NCBI GenBank assembly: GCA_965204535.1
Contig: CBDBEV010000001.1
Location: forward strand, 2,624,001-2,688,000
Reading direction: 5' to 3'
DNA: 64,000 nt
Source: a bacterium
GTDB lineage: Bacteria; UBA8248
Shown here: positions 9,127-18,282 of the stretch, one piece after another
Position numbering within the stretch: position 1 is the first letter of the stretch
Layout: each line of letters begins with the position of its first letter
Notes under the pieces: generated by a model
What the model was told of the DNA's origin: nothing
Databases searched by the model: none
What the model saw: the letters and a program-made list of their open reading frames with translations, nothing else
Made by a program: the position numbers and the translations under genes

Positions 9127-11001
9127 ATGGCTCGTCAACCAGGGCTGCCCCAGACGAGGCGGCTCGATGGAGCGATGCGTTACGTTATGGTGGCCGTCGC
9201 CGTCGTGTTCTCCCTTTTCTACATCTATACGGGAACTTTCGGGATTTTCTCGACGCACAGCCACCGGGGGTTCTACCTGATCTTCACCGGCATCCTCCTC
9301 TTCCTCCTCTACCCGGCGGGCGCCTCCTCTCCCCAGACCCGGCCCAGCGCCGTCGACTGGTTCCTTATCGCGCTCACGGTCTTCGCCGCCTATTACTGGA
9401 TCTGGGACACGCCCTACCGCGCGGAGCGCATGGGCGAGCCCACGGCGATGGACATGGTCATCGGCGGCATGCTGATCGTCGTCTCCCTCGAGATGGGCAG
9501 AAGGGTGCTGGGAAACGTGCTGCCGGTCCTGGCGCTGATCTTCATCGTGTACGCCTACGTGGGGCCCTGGCTTCCGGACACCGTCTTCGCCCACAAGGGA
9601 TTCTCCGCCCAGCGCATACTGGAGTTCATGGCTTCGGAGGTGGCGGTGTTCGGCGTCGTGATCAACGCATATGCGTCCTATGTATTCTTGTTCATCGCCT
9701 TCGCCGCCTTCCTCGAAGCGGCGGGCGGCGGAGAGTTCCTGGTTCAGTTCGCCAATGCCCTGGCCGGCAGAAGCCGGGGCGGGCCGGCCAAGGTGGCGGT
9801 CATCTCCAGCGGGTTCGTGGGTTCCATGATGGGCAGCGGCGTCGCCAACGTGGTGGCCACGGGGTCGTTCACCATCCCGCTGATGAAGCGCACGGGCTAC
9901 CGGCCCCACATCGCCGGCGCGGTGGAGGCGGCCGCCTCCACGGGGGGGCAGTTCATGCCGCCGATCATGGGAGCGGCGGCGTTCATTATCGCCGCCATCA
10001 CGGAGATTCCCTATGTGAACGTCATCGCGGTCGCCACAGTCCCCGCCGTGGTTTATTTCCTGTCGGTCCTTTTCTTCGTTCATATCGAGGCGGCCAAGGA
10101 GGGCATCCGCCTGGTTCCGGCGGACGAGGTGCCCTCACTCAAGAGCGTTCTCAAGAGCGGGGGCCACCTCCTCCTGCCCGCCTTCCTCATGGTGTTCGTG
10201 CTCATCCAGGGGCACTCTCCCAACCTGGCCGCCGTGGTGGCCATCTATTCCATCGTCGTGGTGAGTTTCCTTCGTCGCGAGACGCGCCTGACGCCCCAGC
10301 GTCTTCTGGACGCCCTTGTGCTGGGAGCGCGGAATTCACTGGTGGTGGGCGCCACGGCGGGCGTGGTGGGCCTGATGATCGGGGCCATCATGCTGACCGG
10401 GCTGGGGATCAAGTTCAGCGATTTCATCATCAACGCCACGGGCGGCTACCTGTTCCTCACCCTCACGCTCGTGGGCGTCGTCTGCTATATCTTGGGGATG
10501 GGCATGACGGTGGTGGCCGCCTACGTCGTGGTCTCCGTCATCGCCGTGCCCGCACTGCAGCAACTCGGCGTTCCGCTTCTGGCCTCCCACCTCGTCGTCT
10601 TCTGGTTCATCCTCACCTCGGGCGTCACCCCGCCCGTGGCGCTGGCCGCCTTCGCGGCGTCGGGCATCGCGCAATCGGACGTGAACCAGACGGCGTACGC
10701 GGCGCTGCGCATGTCGCTCGCGCTCCTCATCACGCCATTCCTTTTCGCCTACACGAACCTCCTGGAGGTGGGCAACTTTTGGCCCATGCTGCTGACGGCC
10801 GTCAGCGTCACGCTCGGTTTTCTGGCCATGGTCGGCGCCTTGCAGGGGTATCTGCTGGCGTCTGTCTCCACGGGACTCCGCGCCCTGCTGGGAGTGTCCG
10901 CCGTACTCCTCTTCATGCCTTCGCTGCTTCTGCGCGCGCTGGGATTCCTGGGTCTGGCGGGCGTACTGGTTTCCCAGAAATGGGCCGGAAGCCAGGATTG
11001 A
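9127..11001 (+). CDS. TRAP transporter fused permease (4TM/12TM)
   Basis: GGPAKVAV, GSGVANVVATGSFTIPLMK, EAAASTGGQFMPPIMGAAAF, TPPVALAAF. Confidence 0.95.
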   Translation: MARQPGLPQTRRLDGAMRYVMVAVAVVFSLFYIYTGTFGIFSTHSHRGFYLIFTGILLFLLYPAGASSPQTRPSAVDWFLIALTVFAAYYWIWDTPYRAERMGEPTAMDMVIGGMLIVVSLEMGRRVLGNVLPVLALIFIVYAYVGPWLPDTVFAHKGFSAQRILEFMASEVAVFGVVINAYASYVFLFIAFAAFLEAAGGGEFLVQFANALAGRSRGGPAKVAVISSGFVGSMMGSGVANVVATGSFTIPLMKRTGYRPHIAGAVEAAASTGGQFMPPIMGAAAFIIAAITEIPYVNVIAVATVPAVVYFLSVLFFVHIEAAKEGIRLVPADEVPSLKSVLKSGGHLLLPAFLMVFVLIQGHSPNLAAVVAIYSIVVVSFLRRETRLTPQRLLDALVLGARNSLVVGATAGVVGLMIGAIMLTGLGIKFSDFIINATGGYLFLTLTLVGVVCYILGMGMTVVAAYVVVSVIAVPALQQLGVPLLASHLVVFWFILTSGVTPPVALAAFAASGIAQSDVNQTAYAALRMSLALLITPFLFAYTNLLEVGNFWPMLLTAVSVTLGFLAMVGALQGYLLASVSTGLRALLGVSAVLLFMPSLLLRALGFLGLAGVLVSQKWAGSQD

Positions 11002-11173
11002 GACGAAAAATCCTTGCGGTAAGTGAGGTATTGCGCCCCCGATTGCATTTCATTTCCGCTCGGCTAAAATAGCCGGTTACCGATAGTTCGACAGATCAGC
11101 GCTCCGGCGCGGAAATCCCCGCTTACGAAGCCGCAGAACCCGGCGGCGGAAACGTCAAGAAGGAGAGCAAGAC

Positions 11174-12127
11174 ATGGTGGAACGCAGAAGTTATTCGGGA
11201 ATCTTGCCCGCGATGCAGGTTCCCATGCTGGACAACATGGATATCGATGAGGCCGAACTTCGCCGCTTCTCCGGGTGGCTGGCCGGATTCGAGGGAGTGA
11301 ACGGACTCGTGACCAACGGCCACACGGGCGAGGTATTCTCACTCACGGCGCGCGAGCGCGCCGAAGTGACGCGGATCGTCGTCGACGCCGTCGGCGGGAG
11401 CGTGCCGGTCATCTCGGGTCTCGCGTGCGAGGGCATCCGCGACGGCGTCGAGCACGCCGAGATGGCCAGGGAAGCCGGTGCCGACGGGCTGCTCGTGATG
11501 CCGTTTCACCACTGGCTGCGCTTCGGGCACCGTCCGCAGCACGTCATCGACTACTTCACGGCAGTCGGCGAGGCGTCCGGCCTGAACCTGGTGGTGCACG
11601 TCTATCCCGCGTGGACGAAGGCGAGCTACAGTTCCGAGCTTCTGGGCGAACTCGGCCGGATTCCCTGGGTGACCTGCTTCAAGGTCGGCACGCGCGAGAT
11701 GTCGCAATACGCTCGTGACATCGCCTCCATCCGTGAGAACGCGCCCGACACGACGATCCTCACCTGTCACGACGAATATCTCCTCGCCTCGATGGTGCAG
11801 GGCGTGGACGGCGCGCTCGTCGGGTTCGCCTCGTTCATCCCCGACCTCATCGTGGCGCTCTACGAGGCCGTCAAGGCGGGCGACCTGCGCCGCGCGCAGG
11901 AGATACAGGCGCGGATTCTGCCGCTCAAGGAAGTCGTCTATTCGAGCGGCGAGCCCTCAGGGGAGGCCCACGCGCGCATGAAGACGGCGATGGTGCTCGC
12001 CGGGCGCTTCAAGTCGGCGGTCGTGCGCCCCCCGAGCGAGGTTGCCAAGGGACGCACGTTCGAGGCGATCAAAAGCGCCGTGGAGGAATCGGGCCTGCTG
12101 GAACTCGAAGGCGCGACAACCGGATAG
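11174..12127 (+). CDS. DapA/N-acetylneuraminate-lyase family aldolase
   Basis: NGHTGEVFSLT, GADGLLVMP, Schiff-base Lys in CFKVG. Confidence 0.88.
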   Translation: MVERRSYSGILPAMQVPMLDNMDIDEAELRRFSGWLAGFEGVNGLVTNGHTGEVFSLTARERAEVTRIVVDAVGGSVPVISGLACEGIRDGVEHAEMAREAGADGLLVMPFHHWLRFGHRPQHVIDYFTAVGEASGLNLVVHVYPAWTKASYSSELLGELGRIPWVTCFKVGTREMSQYARDIASIRENAPDTTILTCHDEYLLASMVQGVDGALVGFASFIPDLIVALYEAVKAGDLRRAQEIQARILPLKEVVYSSGEPSGEAHARMKTAMVLAGRFKSAVVRPPSEVAKGRTFEAIKSAVEESGLLELEGATTG

Positions 12128-12169
12128 ACATTCATCTCTCAAGGAGAAACCAACGAGGGGAGGGAACCC

Positions 12170-13183
12170 ATGCTCAAGAATAGAATGCGCTTCAAGGGTC
12201 TGACGCTCGGCCTTTTGCTGGCCGCCCTGATAACGGGCGCAGGCCCTGCGGCATACGCCGCCGATTCGTTCAGCATCGGCGCGATGCGGCCCGGCTCTGC
12301 CTGGTACGTCTTCGGCGCCACGCTGGCGCAACTGCTCAAGCCCAGCCTGCCCAAGGGCAGCAACCCCGAGGTCATCGCGCGCGGCGGCGGCGTGAGCAAT
12401 CCCGCCGCCGTGGACAAGAAAAAGGCGACCATCGCGCTCTCGAACGTGGCCTCCGCGCTTTGGGCCTACAACGGACTCAAGGGCGTCTACAAGCAGAAGC
12501 ACGAGGGCATTCGCGCGCTCATCGGCGGGCTGAACAAGGTGCGCGTCACCGCCATGGTGACCGAGAGCTACATCAAGCGCACGGGCAACGACACGCTCGA
12601 GAAGGCGCTGCTCTCCAAGCCGCCCGCGCGCATCGTCATGAAGCCGGCGGGCAGCACCGTCCCCGTCGTCGCCGACATGCTGATGGACGCGCTTGGCACC
12701 AGCCGCAAGGACATGAAGGCGCGAGGGGGCAAGATCATCCAGGTGGCCGCGAACCAGATTCCGGCGATCATCAAGGACGGCCGCGCGGACCTCTACTTCG
12801 AGGTCGCCATCCCCAGGCACCCGACGGTGACGGAAGTCACGACCACCAACGCGATGCGCTTCCTGAGCTTTCCGCCCAAGGCGCTCAAGGCCCTCGCCGC
12901 CCATGGCTTGAGGACGGCGGCCGTGCCGGGCAAGTGGTTCAAGGGCATCAAGGGCAAGGTGCTGGCGGTCGACCTCGGCACCGTGCTCATCGCGCACAAG
13001 GACATGCCGGATTCGCTCGCCTACACCATCACGAAGACGCTGGCCGAGAACAAGAAGGCCATGGGCAAGGCCCACGCGGCCTGGAGATTCTTCAAGCCCG
13101 AGAACGGCGGCAAACCGGCCAGCGTCGGGGTGCCGCTGCATCCGGGCGCGGCGAAGTATTTCAAGGAAAAAGGCTGGCTGTAG
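12170..13183 (+). CDS. TAXI-family TRAP substrate-binding protein
   Basis: Signal peptide, PGSAWY, GGGVSN, VPLHPGAAKYFKE. Confidence 0.92.
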   Translation: MLKNRMRFKGLTLGLLLAALITGAGPAAYAADSFSIGAMRPGSAWYVFGATLAQLLKPSLPKGSNPEVIARGGGVSNPAAVDKKKATIALSNVASALWAYNGLKGVYKQKHEGIRALIGGLNKVRVTAMVTESYIKRTGNDTLEKALLSKPPARIVMKPAGSTVPVVADMLMDALGTSRKDMKARGGKIIQVAANQIPAIIKDGRADLYFEVAIPRHPTVTEVTTTNAMRFLSFPPKALKALAAHGLRTAAVPGKWFKGIKGKVLAVDLGTVLIAHKDMPDSLAYTITKTLAENKKAMGKAHAAWRFFKPENGGKPASVGVPLHPGAAKYFKEKGWL

Positions 13184-13193
13184 ACCGACCACG

Positions 13194-13234
13194 ACGGGGC
13201 GGAGGACAGAGAGTTTCGTCTTCCGCCCCGTTTT
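13194..13234 (+). terminator. Stem-loop with short T-tract between binding-protein and permease genes
   Basis: ACGGGGCGGAGGAC ... GTCTTCCGCCCCGT followed by TTT. Confidence 0.65.
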
Positions 13235-13257
13235 CTCGCATCGGGGTTTCATGAGCC

Positions 13258-15111
13258 ATGCGCATGGTCACGCTCGCTATCGGCGCCCTCTGGCTGGCGT
13301 TCCAGATGTGGATCGTCTTCTACCCCCAGGCCCCGCTGGTCGAGCGGCCCCTCCACCTGCTTCTGGCGCTGGCGCTCGTCCTGCTCTTTCATCCGCTGCG
13401 TAAAAGGGGCGCTCCGCTGCGGCGCGCCCGCCTGACGGACGCTTTGCTGCTGGCGGGAACGCTGGCCGTCTTTGCGTATTACGCTCTCGCCTCGACACGT
13501 CTCACCGAACGCATGGAGACCATCGACCCGGTGCTCGCCGTCGACGTGGCGGCCTTCGCGCTCATCATGATCCTGTTGTTCGAGGGCGTGCGCCGCACGG
13601 TGGGCTGGCCGCTCCTGGGCGTTCTGCTCGTTTTTTTCGCCTATGCGTTCATCGGCAAGATGCTGCCCGGCGCATTCGGCTTCCGGGGCTTCACGATCGA
13701 CGAAGTGGTCGAGATCATGACCATGACGACCAACGGCGTGCTGGGCATCACGACGGCGACCTCGCTTCAGTTCGTTTTCTACTTCGTGCTCTTCGGCGCG
13801 GTCTACTCAGGGATAGGCGGCGGGCAGTTGTTCATCGACCTGTCGCTCAGGGTGGCAGGCCGCTTCGCCGGAGGGGCGGCGAAGGCCGCCGTCGTGAGTT
13901 CGAGCCTGATGGGTTCGATCAGCGGAAGTGCGGTGGCGAACGTGGCGACGACGGGCGTCTTCACCATCCCGCTGATGCGGAAGACCGGCTACGGCCCGGC
14001 GCACGCGGGCGCCGTGGAGGCCATCGCTTCCACAGGCGGGCAACTCATGCCGCCCATCATGGGCATCGCCGCGTTCGTGATGGCGGAGTTGCTGCAGATA
14101 TCCTACGCGCGCATCGCCGCGGCCGGGCTCATCCCCGCGCTCGCGTTCTACGCCGCGATTTTCATCTTCATCGACCTGCGCGCGCGGGCCGAGGGCGCGC
14201 TCGCGCTCGGTGCGGGCGAACTGACGCCCGAAGACCCCATCGCGGGAAGGCTGTATCTGCTCCTGCCGCCGCTGGTGCTGATCGCCATGCTGGTAGCGGG
14301 CTTTTCGGCCACATACGCCGCCGTCATCGGCACGGCGTCTTGCGCCGTGGTCGCCTATTTTCGCCGCCGTAGCTGGCTGAGCATCTCCGATTGGTGCGAA
14401 GTGGTGCGCAGCGGCGCGCGCCAGGCCGCGGAAATCGCCGTGCCCATCGCCGCCATCGGGATCATCATCGCCGTCGCCATCCAGTCGAACCTGGCGCTCA
14501 AGTTCTCCTCGGGCCTCATCGGCGCATCGGGCGGCAAGCTGTTTTTCGCCATGTTCCTGATCATCATCGGGTGCCTCATCATGGGGATGGGACTGCCGAC
14601 GGTCGCCGCCTACATCATCGGGGCGATCCTTTTCGCGCCGGCGTTAAAGGACTTGGGCATCGCCGAGTTGCCCGCGCATTTCTTCGTCATGTACTACTGC
14701 GTGCTCTCGATGGTGACGCCGCCGGTGGCGCTGGCGTCGTTTACAGCGGCAGGAATCTCCGGCGCAGGCTCGATGGAGACGAGCCTCATCGCCTTTCGCC
14801 TGAGCCTCGTTTCGTTCCTGATACCCTTCGCCTTCGCGTTCGACCCGAGGCTGCTGGGGCAGGGCGATTTGGGGTGGGTCGCCCTGGCGTGCGTTTCGCT
14901 GTTCTGCGCGACGAGCGCCTGGGCGGTCGCGCTGAGCGGATACCTCAAAGGTCCCCTGCGCCTGCTCGAACGCGCGCTCTACGGGGCCGTCGCCGTGGCC
15001 GTCATTCTGTTCCCCACCGGCGGGGCCGCCTGGGCGCTCGCGTTTGCGGGGCTGCTCGCTCTGGCGGCGTGGGGGCTGTGGCTCGGCCCGCGCTTGCGCG
15101 CCGCAGGATGA
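13258..15111 (+). CDS. TRAP transporter fused permease (4TM/12TM)
   Basis: GSISGSAVANVATTG, EAIASTGGQLMPPIMG, GMGLPT, TPPVALAS. Confidence 0.95.
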   Translation: MRMVTLAIGALWLAFQMWIVFYPQAPLVERPLHLLLALALVLLFHPLRKRGAPLRRARLTDALLLAGTLAVFAYYALASTRLTERMETIDPVLAVDVAAFALIMILLFEGVRRTVGWPLLGVLLVFFAYAFIGKMLPGAFGFRGFTIDEVVEIMTMTTNGVLGITTATSLQFVFYFVLFGAVYSGIGGGQLFIDLSLRVAGRFAGGAAKAAVVSSSLMGSISGSAVANVATTGVFTIPLMRKTGYGPAHAGAVEAIASTGGQLMPPIMGIAAFVMAELLQISYARIAAAGLIPALAFYAAIFIFIDLRARAEGALALGAGELTPEDPIAGRLYLLLPPLVLIAMLVAGFSATYAAVIGTASCAVVAYFRRRSWLSISDWCEVVRSGARQAAEIAVPIAAIGIIIAVAIQSNLALKFSSGLIGASGGKLFFAMFLIIIGCLIMGMGLPTVAAYIIGAILFAPALKDLGIAELPAHFFVMYYCVLSMVTPPVALASFTAAGISGAGSMETSLIAFRLSLVSFLIPFAFAFDPRLLGQGDLGWVALACVSLFCATSAWAVALSGYLKGPLRLLERALYGAVAVAVILFPTGGAAWALAFAGLLALAAWGLWLGPRLRAAG

Positions 15112-15155
15112 GGGAAATCCATGGACAGCGAAGCCCTTAATGGAGAATCGACAAG

Positions 15156-15983
15156 ATGAGTTGGCGTCTGTTTCATCACAAAGTGCGTTGTGACGAGCCA
15201 TTCATGACGATGCGGGTTTGCTTCGCATCGGTTTGCTTTCTGCTGGCGGTCTCCGGTGTTTCGCTGAGCACGCAAGCCTGGGGGGCCGATGCGGCTCCAA
15301 TGGTCGTGCGCGCCGGATCCCCGAATCCTCCCGCAGTATCCGAGGCCGCCCTGCTGGCCGACCGGATCCTGGCGAGAGAGAGCGACGCATTGCTCCTCGA
15401 TGAGAAGCGTCGGCGCGAGCTCGCCCGTGAAATCGAGGGTGTACTCAAGCGGCTGAGATACGCACACCCCGAAATGGCAAAAATATCCGCCCGTGCCGCC
15501 CATCAGCCCGGCGTGCTTCTCCTGGGCGTAAAGCCTGGGTTGTTCCGGGCGGTCGCAGACCTCCTGGAAGACAAGAACGGACCCGTGGCGCTGCGCACCG
15601 GCAATGCGGCGTTCGACGCCTTGAACGCGAAGCTCGGGTTACAGGCCGTGCGGCCATACCGCCACACCGGCGTCCTCGTCATGCACGTGAGCGAGCGCGC
15701 AAACCTCGGGGCGGCGCGGCGGGCGTACATGAAGATAGCGGGAGTCGAATACGCGGAGCCCGATGCGTACCTGGGCGACGGCTCCGACATCGAGGCGGCG
15801 AAAACGGGCGGCGTCTGGCATATCGTCGTCCGCAAGGCATGGGGGGACTGCCCCTCCGGCTGTATGTACAAAAAGCTGTTTTTCTTCACCGTGAAGGAGG
15901 GGCAAGTCGAGCGGGTCGAACCGCCGCGCGCGGTGGATACCCTCGCGTTCCGGAAACTCCTCTGGATAAGAAGGTGGCGTTGA
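15156..15983 (+). CDS. Hypothetical exported protein (start may be 15204)
   Basis: Signal-peptide-like N-terminus, C-terminal WGDCPSGC motif, coding-like composition. Confidence 0.7.
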   Translation: MSWRLFHHKVRCDEPFMTMRVCFASVCFLLAVSGVSLSTQAWGADAAPMVVRAGSPNPPAVSEAALLADRILARESDALLLDEKRRRELAREIEGVLKRLRYAHPEMAKISARAAHQPGVLLLGVKPGLFRAVADLLEDKNGPVALRTGNAAFDALNAKLGLQAVRPYRHTGVLVMHVSERANLGAARRAYMKIAGVEYAEPDAYLGDGSDIEAAKTGGVWHIVVRKAWGDCPSGCMYKKLFFFTVKEGQVERVEPPRAVDTLAFRKLLWIRRWR

Positions 15984-16111
15984 CGCCGGATGCCTGAGGT
16001 GAGAGGCTCACACCCGCTTCCAAGTGAAAAATAAAGATTGATCGGGAAGAACAGGGGTAGCAGGGTCATTATCCACCAGTCGAGAGACGTACCCGAGGAG
16101 GAACCTGAACA

Positions 16112-16489
16112 ATGAACATCGCATACGTTTTCGCCACCGACATGTCGGCGACCTACAAGCTGGGCACCATGATCCTGCCGCAACTCGAATCCGGCAACCA
16201 CGGGGTGAACGTCGTCGGCATGTTCTTCTTCGACGACAACCTGTTCTGCCTGCGCGAGGGCGACGAGGTGGGCGAGCGACTGGCCAAAGTCGCCGCGGAG
16301 CAGAACATCCTCCTCATGGTCTGCGATCAGTGCGCCGTGCGGCGCAACCTCGCCGAGGGCACGTTCGAACAGTGCGGCTCCGGCGACGTAAAGGCGAAGG
16401 GCCTGGTGGCCGGCGTGGGCGCCGGCTGCTTCCCGCAGCTCTACGCCGCGCTCGCCCCCGCCGCGCCGGATCTGGTGATTACGCTGTAA
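16112..16489 (+). CDS. DsrE-related (SaoD-like) sulfur-relay-fold protein
   Basis: AYVF...MILPQLE..HG..VVGMFFFDDN, CDQCA, GCFPQLYAAL...VITL; GAGGAGG RBS. Confidence 0.8.
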   Translation: MNIAYVFATDMSATYKLGTMILPQLESGNHGVNVVGMFFFDDNLFCLREGDEVGERLAKVAAEQNILLMVCDQCAVRRNLAEGTFEQCGSGDVKAKGLVAGVGAGCFPQLYAALAPAAPDLVITL

Positions 16490-16521
16490 GGGTTTGGCGG
16501 TCGGTATTTTTTTGTGATTCG

Positions 16522-16549
16522 GCAGGGACAGGTCGCGACCTGTCCCTGC
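16522..16549. repeat. GTAG-type REP palindrome, family A (copy 1 of 6)
   Basis: GCAGGGACAGGTCGCGACCTGTCCCTGC, a perfect palindrome between convergent genes. Confidence 0.9.
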
Positions 16550-16607
16550 TTTTTCTCGTGTGGCCTGTTCCCCCGGGAGGGGCGGTTCGTGAACCGTCCG
16601 TAATGAC

Positions 16608-17429
16608 TCAGCAGGATTCGAGCACGCAGTAGGAGTGCAGCCCCGTCCACTCGGCGAGAGCCGGGGCGGATTCGGGCGCGCAGCGCATGCAGACGTCCAG
16701 CATGGCGCCTGAACGGATGATACGGAACCTGTTCCCCTTCTCGAAGGCGGAGAGGTCGTCGAAGCCCGTCACCCATTTCGCCCCGAAATTCGTTTCGAAA
16801 TAGTCCGAGGTCGCCGTCATCGTATCGTTCCCGGACGTGCGGTTGATGATTTTTTCGGAGAAATAATCGAAGGCGACGATGAAGCGGGGAACCTGCGCGC
16901 GCAGCCTCGCCAGAAAATCATGGATCAGATCAACCGGCAGATACATGGTGTTCCCCTCCCAGATGAACAGGGTGGGGGCCTCCAGGTCGAAGCCGGCCTC
17001 GACGAGTTCTTCCGGAAGGTCGAGTTCGAGGTAATTGCCGGCAATCGCGTGGCAGGGCGCGACGCCGCGGGCTTCCAGAGCCTTGTGCTTGAATTCGAGC
17101 ACCCCCGGCTGATCGACGTCGCAGAAGCTGACGCCATGGGTGCGAAACATGTGGGCGCGCATGTCGAAGCCCGCGCCCAGCGTGACGACTTGCTTCACGC
17201 CGTCAGCTATCGCGCTTTCTAAGGTTTCGTTCATGATGCGCACCCGGTAGCGCGCCGTCTCCCGCACCGCCGGAAAAGTATGGATGAGCTCGCGGTACTT
17301 CGCCGTCGCCTCCTCGTCGACGAACCATGCAGCAAAAGGGTCCTCGAACAGGGGGCGCGCCTCGTCTTTTTCCATCTGCCGAACGCATGAAGGGAAAAAC
17401 GCCGTGGAGCCGACCTCGTTGATTTCCAC
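16608..17429 (-). CDS. SAM-dependent methyltransferase, LCM/TIGR00027-like (paralogue 3)
   Basis: LFEDPFA, QVVTLGAGFDMRA, DVDQPGVL..K, WEGNTMYL; GTG start. Confidence 0.9.
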   Translation of the reverse strand: MEINEVGSTAFFPSCVRQMEKDEARPLFEDPFAAWFVDEEATAKYRELIHTFPAVRETARYRVRIMNETLESAIADGVKQVVTLGAGFDMRAHMFRTHGVSFCDVDQPGVLEFKHKALEARGVAPCHAIAGNYLELDLPEELVEAGFDLEAPTLFIWEGNTMYLPVDLIHDFLARLRAQVPRFIVAFDYFSEKIINRTSGNDTMTATSDYFETNFGAKWVTGFDDLSAFEKGNRFRIIRSGAMLDVCMRCAPESAPALAEWTGLHSYCVLESC

Positions 17430-17434
17430 GAAAT

Positions 17435-18277
17435 TCAGGACGCCTTGAGCACGCAGTAGGAATACAATTTCAGCAGGTCGGCCGCCTGGCCCATATACTC
17501 TTTGACGGCCGCCACGGACTGCGGCGCGCGGCGCTCGCCGAACTCCATGAGGCTTTCGGATTCGATGGCTTCGAGACGGTGTTTTTCCTGGAACACGGAA
17601 AGATCGTCGAAACCCGTCACCCATTTCACCCCGAAGCTGCTTTCGAACATATCCGTGATTTCGGTGATTCTCTCATCGCCGGACGTGCGGTTGATGATCT
17701 TTTCGGAGTAATAATCGAAGGCGATGGCCAGGCGCGGAATGCGCGCGCGCAATCGACCCAGGAAATCATGAATCAGGTCGAGCGGCAGGTACATGGTGTT
17801 GCCTTCCCATATGAACAGGATGGGCGCTTCGAGGTCGAAACCGGCTTGGCCGAGTTCCCGGGGCAGGTCGACTTCCAGGTAGTTGCACTTGATTCCGGGG
17901 CAGGGCGTGACGCCGTGGGTTTCGAGCACCTTGTTCTTGAATTCGATCACCGCCGGTTGATCGACGTCGCAGAACCTCACGCCTTCGGTCTGATAGATAT
18001 GGGCGCGCATGTCGAAGCCAGCACCCAAAGAGACGATCTGCTTCACGCCGTCCTCGATGCCGCGCTCGACGACCTCGCTCATGACGCGAACCCGGAAACG
18101 AACCAGTTCCACCGAGGGCGGAAAAACGCGTATCAGTTCCTGGACCTTCTCCTCTATCGCCTCGTTGACGAACCACGCCGCGTAGGGGTCGTCGAACAGC
18201 TTGTGCTCCTGGTCTTTTTCCATCGCCCGCATGCAGGAAATGACGAACGCGGTTGCGCCGATTTCGTTGATGTCCAT
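17435..18277 (-). CDS. SAM-dependent methyltransferase, LCM/TIGR00027-like (paralogue 2)
   Basis: Same motifs; clear paralogue of both neighbours. Confidence 0.92.
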   Translation of the reverse strand: MDINEIGATAFVISCMRAMEKDQEHKLFDDPYAAWFVNEAIEEKVQELIRVFPPSVELVRFRVRVMSEVVERGIEDGVKQIVSLGAGFDMRAHIYQTEGVRFCDVDQPAVIEFKNKVLETHGVTPCPGIKCNYLEVDLPRELGQAGFDLEAPILFIWEGNTMYLPLDLIHDFLGRLRARIPRLAIAFDYYSEKIINRTSGDERITEITDMFESSFGVKWVTGFDDLSVFQEKHRLEAIESESLMEFGERRAPQSVAAVKEYMGQAADLLKLYSYCVLKAS

Positions 18278-18282
18278 GGAAC

